64,000 bases of DNA, taken from NCBI GenBank assembly GCA_016464795.1, contig JAEKNN010000030.1, positions 3,328 to 67,327 on the forward strand. The letters are read 5' to 3'. The stretch is from Candidatus Amunia macphersoniae. GTDB lineage: Bacteria; Chloroflexota; Dormibacteria; Aeolococcales; Aeolococcaceae. Under the pieces are notes generated by a model, which worked only from the letters and a program-made list of their open reading frames with translations, ran no database searches and was not told where the DNA came from. A program made the position numbers and the translations under genes. Positions within the stretch are counted from its first letter, which is position 1. Each line of letters starts with the position of its first letter. This document shows positions 9,755-18,493 of this stretch, piece by piece.

Positions 9755-10050
9755 CCGTGGTCGGTGGCGAGCTCGTCGAGGTGTGCCAGGAGGTCATCCC
9801 CGCTGTCGTGGACGATGCCACGACCGTCAGCGTACTGCTCGTCGACCTCCCGCTCCATCGCCTGCCAGCGCTTCGTCCAGAACCACGCCTGGTCAGCAGG
9901 AACGGTCACCACCGGATGGAGCTCGATCACCCCATCGTCTCGTTCAATCACCTCGACCTGGCTGCCAGGCTGGTCGAGATGGTGGCGCCGGCGGAGGTCG
10001 GGGGGCAACGCCACGGTCCCGCGCTTCTGGATGGTGAGGAACCGTTCCAT
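9751..10050 (-). CDS. AbrB/MazE/SpoVT family antitoxin
   Basis: IQKRGTVALPPDLRR..GVIELHPV swapped-hairpin motif, followed by DQAWFWTKRWQAMERE and an acidic tail. Confidence 0.85.
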   Translation of the reverse strand: MERFLTIQKRGTVALPPDLRRRHHLDQPGSQVEVIERDDGVIELHPVVTVPADQAWFWTKRWQAMEREVDEQYADGRGIVHDSGDDLLAHLDELATDHG

Positions 10051-10056
10051 ACGCGC

Positions 10057-10083
10057 AGTATAGCACCGTTGCCGTAATGCGGC
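10057..10083 (-). promoter_or_regulatory. Extended -10 (TGcTATACT) 6 nt before the antitoxin ATG, plus near-palindrome GCCGTAATGCGGC as a candidate autoregulatory operator
   Basis: Minus strand reads TGC TATACT gcgcgt ATG; the GCCG-N5-CGGC inverted repeat is at 10071-10083. Confidence 0.55.
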
Positions 10084-10117
10084 TTAGCGCTTACGCCAGG
10101 TATGCCACAGTTGACGA

Positions 10118-10567
10118 ATGCAGACCTTGCACGAGGCTGCGGGTGGTGACCGGGGCCTCCGCCGCCTGGCGGCCGCGTGGCATCGCCGAGTTATGGCCGA
10201 CGAAGTGGTCAGTCACGCATTCAGCCATGGGTTCCACCCCCGGCACGGCGAGCGACTAGCGGCCTATTGGTCCGAGGCACTCGGCGGCCCTGCCACCTAT
10301 TCCGAAACCATGGGCGACGAAACCTCGGTCGTGCGGATGCACAGCGGCAATGGAGAGCACCAGGAGATGAACCGCCGCGCCATCGCCTGCTTCGACCAAG
10401 CCTTGACTGACGTGGGACTCATCGAAGACGGACCGCTGCGGCAAGTGCTTCACAACTACTTCGCGTGGGCCACAACAACGACCATGTCCCGCTACCACGA
10501 TTCCGCTGACGACGTTCCCAACGGCCTTCGCATCCCCCGCTGGTCGTGGGACGGTCTCCAAGACTGA
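10118..10567 (+). CDS. Group II-like truncated hemoglobin
   Basis: LHEAAGG..GLRRL, H.ERLAAYWSEALGGP..YS and a proximal His in VVRMHSG. Confidence 0.75.
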   Translation: MQTLHEAAGGDRGLRRLAAAWHRRVMADEVVSHAFSHGFHPRHGERLAAYWSEALGGPATYSETMGDETSVVRMHSGNGEHQEMNRRAIACFDQALTDVGLIEDGPLRQVLHNYFAWATTTTMSRYHDSADDVPNGLRIPRWSWDGLQD

Positions 10568-10636
10568 GCAGAACTGGCTCGCCAGCCTCTGTCGCGACCC
10601 GTCAGAAACCCGCCGCCCGGGGTTGACCAGATGCTC

Positions 10637-11449
10637 CTACATGGCTTTGAGCGACGCGAGCGGCCACAGGCGGTGCTCGACCTCTGCCAAGCCGGCATCG
10701 GTGATCGCCTGGATCACCTCGGCGCTGGACTTGTACGCGGGGCCGGACTCGTCGATGGGCACGCGGCCATCGAGGTTGACAACGATGCCGGCGCGGCGGT
10801 AGTCCGCGTTGACCACCTCCTGGTCGAGAAGCTTCCTGGCCGCCGTGCGCGACATCCGGCGGCCCGATCCGTGGTTGACCGTGTAGGCGCTCTTGGCCGA
10901 GCCGGTGGGTCGCAGGATGTACGACCAGTCCCGATTGCTCCCAGGAATCAGCACCGGGTGGCCGGTCTCGCACCACAGAGTCCCGTCAAGCGCGCGATGG
11001 CCGGCAGGGAATGCGCGCGTCGCGCCCTTGCGATGCACGTTGACCCCGCCGAATTCGTCGCTCCACTCGCGCTGCACCAGGTTGTGGCTGATCTCGTACA
11101 CCAGGTCCAGCTCGGCATTGAAGACGTCGCGGAAGGCCACGCTCACCTCCTCGGCGATCACCAGGCGGTTGATGATGGCGTAGTTGCCGCCTGCGGCGAC
11201 GGCGGCCAAGTACTCGTCGCGATGCACGGATTCAGGCGCGAACCAGGCCTCGTCCAGGTTGCGGATGACGTCCGGCTGCTCGTCCCTGGCCACCCGGAAG
11301 TAATGTTCGGCGAGACCGGAGAGACGGCCGACACCGCGCTTACCCAACAGACGGACCGGTACGCCGCGCACCGCCTCGTCACTCAGCACGAAGAAGCGGC
11401 CCTCGTTGTCGAAGGTGAGCCGTTCCTTCCAGCCAGTGGTCGGAATTAT
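10637..11449 (-). pseudogene. rtcB: RtcB-family RNA ligase with an internal deletion and probable start-codon loss
   Basis: Keeps YEISHNL, VHRKGATRAF, PVLIPGS, NHGSGRRMSR and DESGPAYK. The N-terminal half with the metal ligands is missing (VPVRLL joined to GKRGVG near 11345). RBS GGAGGAG is followed by ATA, not ATG. Confidence 0.8.
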
Positions 11450-11503
11450 GGAATTTCTCCTCCGCGTCTGTCGTGATTCATCCGGTGCCGAGTCCTTCAC
11501 GGG

Positions 11504-11528
11504 CTGAGGGCGGACGTCCCGCCCTCAG
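11504..11528. other. Perfect 10-bp stem hairpin between the SEC-C microgene and rtcB
   Basis: CTGAGGGCGG-acgtc-CCGCCCTCAG; no U-tract follows. Confidence 0.6.
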
Positions 11529-11670
11529 TCGCGAAAAGTAGTCGGACGGCTGGGCTCCATCCCGCCGGCCGGAGCGGAGGCAGCACTGCTTGAAAGCGAC
11601 GACCCGAACCGCACCGGCAGGGATCGTTGCGTCCCAGCTTCTCGAGCAGCTCCTTGTCTCCGCCGCTGCC
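11525..11670 (-). pseudogene. SEC-C motif microprotein split across two frames; N-terminus missing
   Basis: GDKELLEKLGRNDPCRCGSGRRF in one frame; KQCCLRSGRRDG..DYF continues in the +1 frame after CGC TTT C AAG. Confidence 0.7.
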
Positions 11671-11708
11671 TCGAGCCGTGCCTGCTGAGCCTGCGGTCGG
11701 CCAATCGC

Positions 11709-12674
11709 TCAGCCGCGGCGGGTTCGGGAGCGGCGCCGACCCTCGTGCATCGCCTGCACACGGCCTGCAGGGATCGCCCTCCCCTCTTCGACCAGTCCGG
11801 GTGGCAACGGCTGCGCCCGCGGCATGGTGGCCGCCCATCGGTCGCCATCACCGAGGAGCCGCAGCGCCGTGTGCACAGTGAAGTCGCCGGGCCTCACCCG
11901 GTCGAGCTCTTCCCAGTCGACCGGGAACGATACGGGCGTCCCCGCCCGCAGTCGCGGGCTGTACGCGGCCACCACGGTCGCGCCACCGACCCTTGTTGCA
12001 TCGACGAACACACGGCCGCCGCGGTCCTCCTTCATGAACGCCGTGGTGGCCAGGCTCGGATCGAGTCGCTCTGCGCGTGTCGCGAGGGCGCGTGTCGCTG
12101 CCGCCGCCTCCTCGACCGGCGCTCCGCCGGCAATGGGCACGAAGACATGCACGCCCTTGGCGCCGCTGGTCTTGACGGCTCCCTCGAGGGCCGCATCGGC
12201 GAGCGCCTGGCGAACCATATGTGCAGCCCGGACTGCCATGGGGAAGGGGTCGGCGCCGGGCGGGTCGAGGTCGAGCACCAGGTGCGTGACGCGGTCGGGA
12301 GAGGCGGCCGTGGTGAGGGCTGGGTGGTACTCGACGGCACGCTGATTGGCGAACCACAGCAGAGTCCGACGGTCGTTGCACAGCGCGTACGTAACCTCCC
12401 GCTTCGAGGATTCCGCCCACGAGCTGACCCGCTCGACCCATTCCGGGGCGTAACTCGGCAGGTTCTTTTGCATGAACGCCTCCTGCCCGCGGTGCACCCG
12501 GATCACGGAGAGCGCGTGGTCACGCAGCACCGGAAGAAGGCGATCGGCCACACCGTCGAGGTAGTCGACGAGGTCACGCTTGGTGGCGCTTGCGCCCTCG
12601 AACAAGGGGTCATCGAGGTTGCTGAGCGGAACTCCCTCCCGCTCATCCCCACCAGCGGTCGGTGCTGCTGCCAT
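11709..12674 (-). CDS. Stand-alone LigD-type polymerase (primase-polymerase) domain
   Basis: LSNLDDPLF, TKRDLVDY, FMQKN.P, WFANQRAVEYH, LDLDP, KTSGAKGVHV and AYSPR..PVSFPVDW motifs. Confidence 0.88.
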   Translation of the reverse strand: MAAAPTAGGDEREGVPLSNLDDPLFEGASATKRDLVDYLDGVADRLLPVLRDHALSVIRVHRGQEAFMQKNLPSYAPEWVERVSSWAESSKREVTYALCNDRRTLLWFANQRAVEYHPALTTAASPDRVTHLVLDLDPPGADPFPMAVRAAHMVRQALADAALEGAVKTSGAKGVHVFVPIAGGAPVEEAAAATRALATRAERLDPSLATTAFMKEDRGGRVFVDATRVGGATVVAAYSPRLRAGTPVSFPVDWEELDRVRPGDFTVHTALRLLGDGDRWAATMPRAQPLPPGLVEEGRAIPAGRVQAMHEGRRRSRTRRG

Positions 12675-13023
12675 GAACACCCCTGACGCCCTTCGCGGGC
12701 CATGTTGCTGAGCGCCGTCCCAGTCCAATCATGTCGCCCCGTCACCACGAGCCCTCAGCCCCCGGCCCAAGAATATGACAGTGACACTATCACGCCGCTG
12801 CTGCCGCCGACGTCACTGCTGAAAGGCGGTGAACCTCGTCAGCTCGGTGGTGGACCAGCCGTCATCCTCACGCGGTTTGAATCGGCGGGTCTCGGCGCGG
12901 CACGGGCGTCGCGTTATCAGCGACGTGCTGGTTTCACCGTGGGTGAGGAACCGATCGAGAATTTCGACCGAGGTCCAGCGACCAGCTCACCAGAGCCAGG
13001 CGGGACAAGGTGCTTGGCGCTCG

Positions 13024-14199
13024 CTACTGACCCGCTCGCGAGCTCCCACCGCCACTGGGCGATTCCAAGGGATTGACGCTCGCCCTGCCGGCGGCGAGCG
13101 CCGCGCGGTCCTTCACGCCCGGTAGCTCAGCAGGTGGTTCTTGGGCGTTCGCCTCCCAGTTGCCCTCGTCGTACAAGCGAAGGTATGACGCAGCCATCTG
13201 GGACGGACTGAATCGCACGCGCGTAGCCTCGGCGCAGGCCCATGGATCGAGTCCTGCCACTGCCGGCACCGCGGCAGCCATGCCGTCGACATCCTGGACC
13301 AGGAAGCCTGTAACGCCCTCGGTGACCAGTTCGGGCGCGGCGCCGCGAGCCATGGCGATCACCGGAGTACCGCTGGCCATCGCCTCCACGATCGCCAGAC
13401 CGAAGGGCTCGTCCCACTGGATCGGGGCCAGTGCAGCATGAGCGCGCGCCAGCAGTTGGGCCTTCTGCTCGCCAGCGGCGTTGACGACGTGCACCACCCG
13501 ATCGCCATCGACAGCCGGCGCGACGTGCCGCTGGAAGTAGTCGGTGGCCTCTGGGATGTCTTCAACCTTGCCCGCCAGCACCAGGCGCATCCCGACCCGA
13601 CGGGCCACCTCGATGGCGAGGTGCTGGCCCTTGTCCGGGCAAATGCGCGCCAGACAGAGGAGATATGGCTGCTTCTCCGCGGGCGTCACTCGGAGAGCCT
13701 CGACATCGACCGCATTGTGGACGGTGCCGATCCAGGGCAGTTCCGAGGCGAGGTTGCGCTGGGCCGCGCTGATGGCGACGAATCCGACGTGGCCCGGGAC
13801 TGTTGAGTAAAAGGTCGAGTACGCCTCGGGGATGCTGCCGTGCACCGTGTGCACCACCGGCGCGACGTTGACGAGGGAGGCTGCGACCAGACTGGAAAAG
13901 CCGCAGTGGTCATGAATGACGTCGATCCTGCCGAGTTGCGTGAGTGCAGTGCTGATACGACCCGCGTAGGTCAGCTCTCGCAGGCGCTCATCCGGTCTGC
14001 CGAGATCACGCCGCCACCAACGCGGCGCGAGGACTGTCGCGTCCGGCCGCGACCCCTCGGCAGCGAGAAGCGTGACACGCTGGCCTCGGTCCCGGAGCCC
14101 GTCGCAGAGCAGGTCGACGACAAGTTCGATGCCCCCGTAACCGTCGGGTGGAACGGGGTACCACGGCGGCGCCACCAAGACGATATGGAGTTGTCTCAT
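13024..14199 (-). CDS. Glycosyltransferase family 4
   Basis: APPWYPVPPDGYGGIE, ARICPDKG and WDEPFGLAIVEAMASGTPV motifs. Confidence 0.9.
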   Translation of the reverse strand: MRQLHIVLVAPPWYPVPPDGYGGIELVVDLLCDGLRDRGQRVTLLAAEGSRPDATVLAPRWWRRDLGRPDERLRELTYAGRISTALTQLGRIDVIHDHCGFSSLVAASLVNVAPVVHTVHGSIPEAYSTFYSTVPGHVGFVAISAAQRNLASELPWIGTVHNAVDVEALRVTPAEKQPYLLCLARICPDKGQHLAIEVARRVGMRLVLAGKVEDIPEATDYFQRHVAPAVDGDRVVHVVNAAGEQKAQLLARAHAALAPIQWDEPFGLAIVEAMASGTPVIAMARGAAPELVTEGVTGFLVQDVDGMAAAVPAVAGLDPWACAEATRVRFSPSQMAASYLRLYDEGNWEANAQEPPAELPGVKDRAALAAGRASVNPLESPSGGGSSRAGQ

Positions 14200-14425
14200 C
14201 CAGATACCGTGCGAGAGCGAGGGCATAGGCGATGTCGGGTGCTCACATGCAACCGTCGGCCGCGGCGGCGGAAAGCGCCAGTGCTGCCGGCATCCTCATG
14301 AGGATTGCGCCGACGCCGCACTGCAACATGCCGCGCAATTTGCAAGAACGCGTATCCAACCCTTTAGGGTACCAGCCTCGCTGCTGCCTTGTCTGCGCAG
14401 CGCGTACACGCCCGTCGGGTCTCGC

Positions 14426-16975
14426 TCAGCCCTGGGTAACCTTCACGTCGAGGGGGCGGTCGGTCTCCACCTGGGCTCCGTCGTGGTCGATTCGGACCTT
14501 CACGCGCACTCCACGGTAGACAACGCGAACTGTGAGGTCCTGCCAGGCGTCGGGTAGGCGCGGATTGACCGTCAGGCCATCGCCGTTCGGCTGGATTCCC
14601 GCAAAACCCTCCGCCATGGCCAGCCAGACACCACCCATGGTGGCCGTGTGCAACCCATGAGCGGTCGTCGGGGAGGCATTGTCGACGTCGATGCCTGCGG
14701 CAAAGTGGAGCAGGTCCAGCGCCTCGGGATGGCGCCAAGCGCGGGCAAGCAGAGCCGCGTGAACGGCCGGGGACAGCGAGCTGCCGTGGGCGGTGATCGG
14801 CAGATAGCGATCGAGGTTGGGCAGCAGTGAACCCGGCTCGACTTCCCCCGGCACCATCAGATGCAGCATCAGCGCGTCGGCCTGCTTCAACACCTGGAGC
14901 GACTGGATACGGTCGAACCCGATCAGCGAGTCGGCCGCGAGCGGACCGGGCCCGTAGGCCTCGCGAAGGGGAAATGGGGTCAGGCTCGAGAACCCGGCGA
15001 ACTGTTCGTAAACACGGCTGTGCGGGTCGTACCCATCCACCAGGCGGTCGGCCAACGTGCCCCACCGTTGCACCTCACGGTCGTCGCAGTGTGATGCTGC
15101 GCGGGTGACCGCGGCTCTCAGGTTCCATCGGGCGATGACGTTGGTGAATGCGTTGTCATCGACGTCGTCGTGGTATTCGTCGGGTCCGATGACGTGACGG
15201 ATGTGCGCCGAGCCGTCAGAGTCACTCTCAATGCGCGAAGCCCAGTACCGCGCAGTCTCGACCAGGAGTTGCTCGAGTGGGCCGCGACGGAAGCCGTCGT
15301 CACCCGTCCAGTCGACGTAACGGCATGCCGCCCAAGCCACGTCAGCGACGATGTGCTCCTCCATCTCACCGGTGCGAACCACCACCTTCTCCCCGCGCGG
15401 TCCGGTCACCATCGTGGGGGTGATCTCGCGACCGGTGCTCGCCGACTCCCACGGGAACTTGGCTCCGTCACGGCCCAGCTGGCGCGCCTGTTCCATGGCG
15501 GGACCGATGCGACGGACCCGGTACTCGAGCATCGCCCGGGCAGCCGCCGGGCATGTCGCCGCCAGAAATGGAATCACGAAGACATCCGAGTCCCAGAAGA
15601 CGTGGCCGCTGTAGCCATCACCGCTGAGACCGCGCGCGCCCAGCGCAGCCTCTCCACTGGTTGCGACCGCGCTCATGAGCTGGAACAGCGAGAACCGAAC
15701 GTTGCGCTGCAGCTCGTCGTCGCCGCTGATCTGGATATCAGCGTCAGTCCATCGAGCTGCCCATGCCTGCCGGTGTGCGCGATACGCAGCGGTGACCCCG
15801 CGCGCTCGTGCGTCGTCGGCTCGCGAGCGTGCCACGCCCACATCGCCCGACGCATACACTGCGATCCGCTGGAGGATGGCGGACCCTCGGCCGTCATCCT
15901 CCCGCACGTCGCTCACATGGATCGCCAGCGGACCGTTCTCCGACGTGTCGATCTCACTCTCGCTCCGGCGAGGCTCTGACGGCCCCAGGAGCGTCGGTTC
16001 ACCCGCAGCCCACAGCACTGCGGTTCCGGGGTCAGCCAGCGAGCTGAAGCCCACCGAGGACGCCCGCTGACCGTCCTGTTCAATCTGCTGAGCAAGCACT
16101 CCGGCGCGCAGGTCGAGCACCCGGGATAGGCGCGCATTTGCTTCCAGCGTGGCGGGGAGCTGGTTCCACGCGGCGTACGGGCGCAGATGCTCTGCCGATC
16201 CCTCTCCCTCGTAGACGCCTGCGGCCAGCGTCTCGGCGCGAACGGACGGGTGGGACAGCAGCGGTGCTCCGATGGTGCCGATGACACCGTCGGCGACGGT
16301 GAGGACCGAGGCACGGGCACGTTCGTTCTGCTCGTCAAAGCCATCGATGGCTACGGACCACTCCGCCGCGGGGCTGAGCACCGGCGGGTCGCCCTGGCAC
16401 CGTCGACGGCGTTGGTCATCGAGGACCGCGAGGAGGCGGTCTGGGCCAGCTGGCAAGCCCGGGGCGCCGGGCAACGTGCCGAACTCGTCCCCGATGACGA
16501 TCACATCTGCGGGTGCGATTCCGTGGTCCCAGAGATTCGCAAACGTCCAGCGGGCAGCCTCGGCCTTGTCGGGCGTCCCCTCGCGCCGCAGAAAAAGGGT
16601 GGGACCAGCGTGCCCACACTCGAAGATCTCGGAACCGCGGTTGACACACAGGATGAGTCGACCCGGACCGGCGGGGCGCGCTCGGAGCTGTCCGTCAACG
16701 GTATCCACATCGGTGCTGGTGATCACCACCATGTCGAACCCTGCCGCGCAAAGATCCTCGATGACCTCGCGCAGCCGCCCGGCGTCGGCGCTGCGATGGG
16801 CGACCAATGTGCCGTCCCCGTCTGCGACACATGCTTCACAGCGACGGAGGGCCACGCCAAACGGCGGCGTCGGAAGGATCAGCCGGGCTTCGTCGCCACC
16901 GCTGAGCGGCGCGGAGGTTGGGGTTGACCGGCGGCGACGTGACAGTCTGTCGGCCGCCCCGTCCAGGTCCTTCAT
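14426..16975 (-). CDS. Glycoside hydrolase family 65 (trehalose/maltose/kojibiose phosphorylase-like) with N-terminal HAD-like domain
   Basis: ARGLSGDGYSGHVFWDSD, GAKFPWES, VIGPDEYH..DDNAFTN, KQAD and HGSSLS motifs; N-terminal ADGDGTLV and VIGDEF; RBS GGAGGA. Confidence 0.88.
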   Translation of the reverse strand: MKDLDGAADRLSRRRRSTPTSAPLSGGDEARLILPTPPFGVALRRCEACVADGDGTLVAHRSADAGRLREVIEDLCAAGFDMVVITSTDVDTVDGQLRARPAGPGRLILCVNRGSEIFECGHAGPTLFLRREGTPDKAEAARWTFANLWDHGIAPADVIVIGDEFGTLPGAPGLPAGPDRLLAVLDDQRRRRCQGDPPVLSPAAEWSVAIDGFDEQNERARASVLTVADGVIGTIGAPLLSHPSVRAETLAAGVYEGEGSAEHLRPYAAWNQLPATLEANARLSRVLDLRAGVLAQQIEQDGQRASSVGFSSLADPGTAVLWAAGEPTLLGPSEPRRSESEIDTSENGPLAIHVSDVREDDGRGSAILQRIAVYASGDVGVARSRADDARARGVTAAYRAHRQAWAARWTDADIQISGDDELQRNVRFSLFQLMSAVATSGEAALGARGLSGDGYSGHVFWDSDVFVIPFLAATCPAAARAMLEYRVRRIGPAMEQARQLGRDGAKFPWESASTGREITPTMVTGPRGEKVVVRTGEMEEHIVADVAWAACRYVDWTGDDGFRRGPLEQLLVETARYWASRIESDSDGSAHIRHVIGPDEYHDDVDDNAFTNVIARWNLRAAVTRAASHCDDREVQRWGTLADRLVDGYDPHSRVYEQFAGFSSLTPFPLREAYGPGPLAADSLIGFDRIQSLQVLKQADALMLHLMVPGEVEPGSLLPNLDRYLPITAHGSSLSPAVHAALLARAWRHPEALDLLHFAAGIDVDNASPTTAHGLHTATMGGVWLAMAEGFAGIQPNGDGLTVNPRLPDAWQDLTVRVVYRGVRVKVRIDHDGAQVETDRPLDVKVTQG

Positions 16976-17095
16976 GTATCCTCCGCGATGCTGGCAGGAC
17001 CCGGTCTGAGCAGATGCCTCGTGTGAGCCTAGCGCACCAAGCGCGATCGCGCCCTCGGAATCGTCAAACCGCCCCTGCACGCACGTCGATTCGCT

Positions 17096-17428
17096 CTATT
17101 TCGCAGGCAGCGACCGTGCGTACGCCACACCCCGAGCGACCCATGCCTCGAGCTGGCGCTTGGTCCGGACTCCGTCAGCGCCGATGCGCAGCCAGCCGTC
17201 CATCTCGCGTCCGCGCATCACGGCGATGTGAGCATGTGCTCGGTGAGCGAGGTCCGCGCTTTCGGCCGGGTCGACGCGCAGCAGCAGTCCGCCTTGACCG
17301 CTGGCGCTCACCGCCATGTTTCCCTGAATCAGGAACGCCAGCCCACCGAACATGCGCTTCTCAGTGACGCCGGTCTCCGAGCGCACCAGCTCACGCACGC
17401 GGTTGGCGAGCTCTTCATCCAAGGCCAT
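17096..17428 (-). CDS. TfoX/Sxy family protein
   Basis: DEELANRVR, EKRMFGGLAFL.GNM, GREMDGWL and SLPAK motifs. Confidence 0.88.
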   Translation of the reverse strand: MALDEELANRVRELVRSETGVTEKRMFGGLAFLIQGNMAVSASGQGGLLLRVDPAESADLAHRAHAHIAVMRGREMDGWLRIGADGVRTKRQLEAWVARGVAYARSLPAK

Positions 17429-17496
17429 CGGAACAGCAGTGTAGGAGCTCAGCCGCCGGTGCGCCGTCAACCCCCCAGACGCCTCCACCAGCGCTC

Positions 17497-18396
17497 CTAC
17501 GACGGGCGCTCGACGATGGTATTGCGCAGCAGACCCACACCTTGGACCTCGGTCTCCATGACGTCACCGGGACGCAGGAACTCGGGGGGATTGCGCGCGA
17601 AGCCGACGCCCTCGGGTGTCCCGGTGGCGATGAGCATTCCGGGCAGGAGGGTCATCCCGACGGAGAGCCACTCGATGACGGCGTCGACCGGGTAGATCAT
17701 GTCGCGCGTGTTGGCGTCCTGCTTGACCACCCCGTTGACCCGCAGCCGCAGCCGCAGCGACTGAACGTCGGGCACCTCGTCCTTGGTCAGCACCCACGGG
17801 CCCGTCGGGCACGATCCGTCCAGGCTCTTGCCCTTGAACCACTGTCCGCCCCACCCCTTCTGGAGGTCACGCGCGGTGATGTCGTTGACCACCGTGTAGC
17901 CGAACACGTGGTTGAGCGCGTTCGCGCGCCTGATGTTGTCTCCCGCGCGGCCCATCACCACGCCCAGCTCCACCTCCCAGTCGATGCTGGTGCTGATGGC
18001 GGGATTGATGGTCACGTCGGCGTAGGGACCGTTGATGGTGGTGATCGCCTTGGTGAAGATGGTCGGTGGCTCCACCTGTGTGTTGGTCGCGCGGGCGCCC
18101 TCCTCGGCGTGCTTCTGGTAGTTGCGCCCGATGCAGAGCACGTTTCCGCGGGGCGGATCGAACGGCGCAAGCAGCTCCAGGTCGGCGAGCTTTCGCACGC
18201 TTCCGGCCGCGGGTGACGACGCCAGCTCGCGGAGGCGTCTGAGGGCATCGTCGCCGCCGTCGATGACGCCGAGGATGTCCACCGGCAGGGTGGCCCGGCC
18301 GGACGCCGCGGCCACGTCAACGATCTCCCCCGCTGTGGCATCGCGGGCCACGCCGAGGCGGCGATGCCCGCTGTCCCGGAACATCAGCAGTTTCAT
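17497..18396 (-). CDS. Fumarylacetoacetate hydrolase family protein
   Basis: CIGRNYQKH, DWEVELGVV, GYTVVNDITARDLQ, WFKGKSLD and ATGTPEGVG motifs. Confidence 0.92.
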   Translation of the reverse strand: MKLLMFRDSGHRRLGVARDATAGEIVDVAAASGRATLPVDILGVIDGGDDALRRLRELASSPAAGSVRKLADLELLAPFDPPRGNVLCIGRNYQKHAEEGARATNTQVEPPTIFTKAITTINGPYADVTINPAISTSIDWEVELGVVMGRAGDNIRRANALNHVFGYTVVNDITARDLQKGWGGQWFKGKSLDGSCPTGPWVLTKDEVPDVQSLRLRLRVNGVVKQDANTRDMIYPVDAVIEWLSVGMTLLPGMLIATGTPEGVGFARNPPEFLRPGDVMETEVQGVGLLRNTIVERPS

Positions 18397-18493
18397 GAAC
18401 CCTATTCTGGCCCGCCGGTCACCACCATCAGGCGTCGGGCCGTCGCTGATTTGCGACACTCGGACACATCCGTCAGTCGCAGGAGGCTTCACC

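Noticed and set aside
12702-13023. Short ORFs between the LigD polymerase and GT4 genes
   Set aside because: No recognisable motif, RBS or consistent codon pattern.
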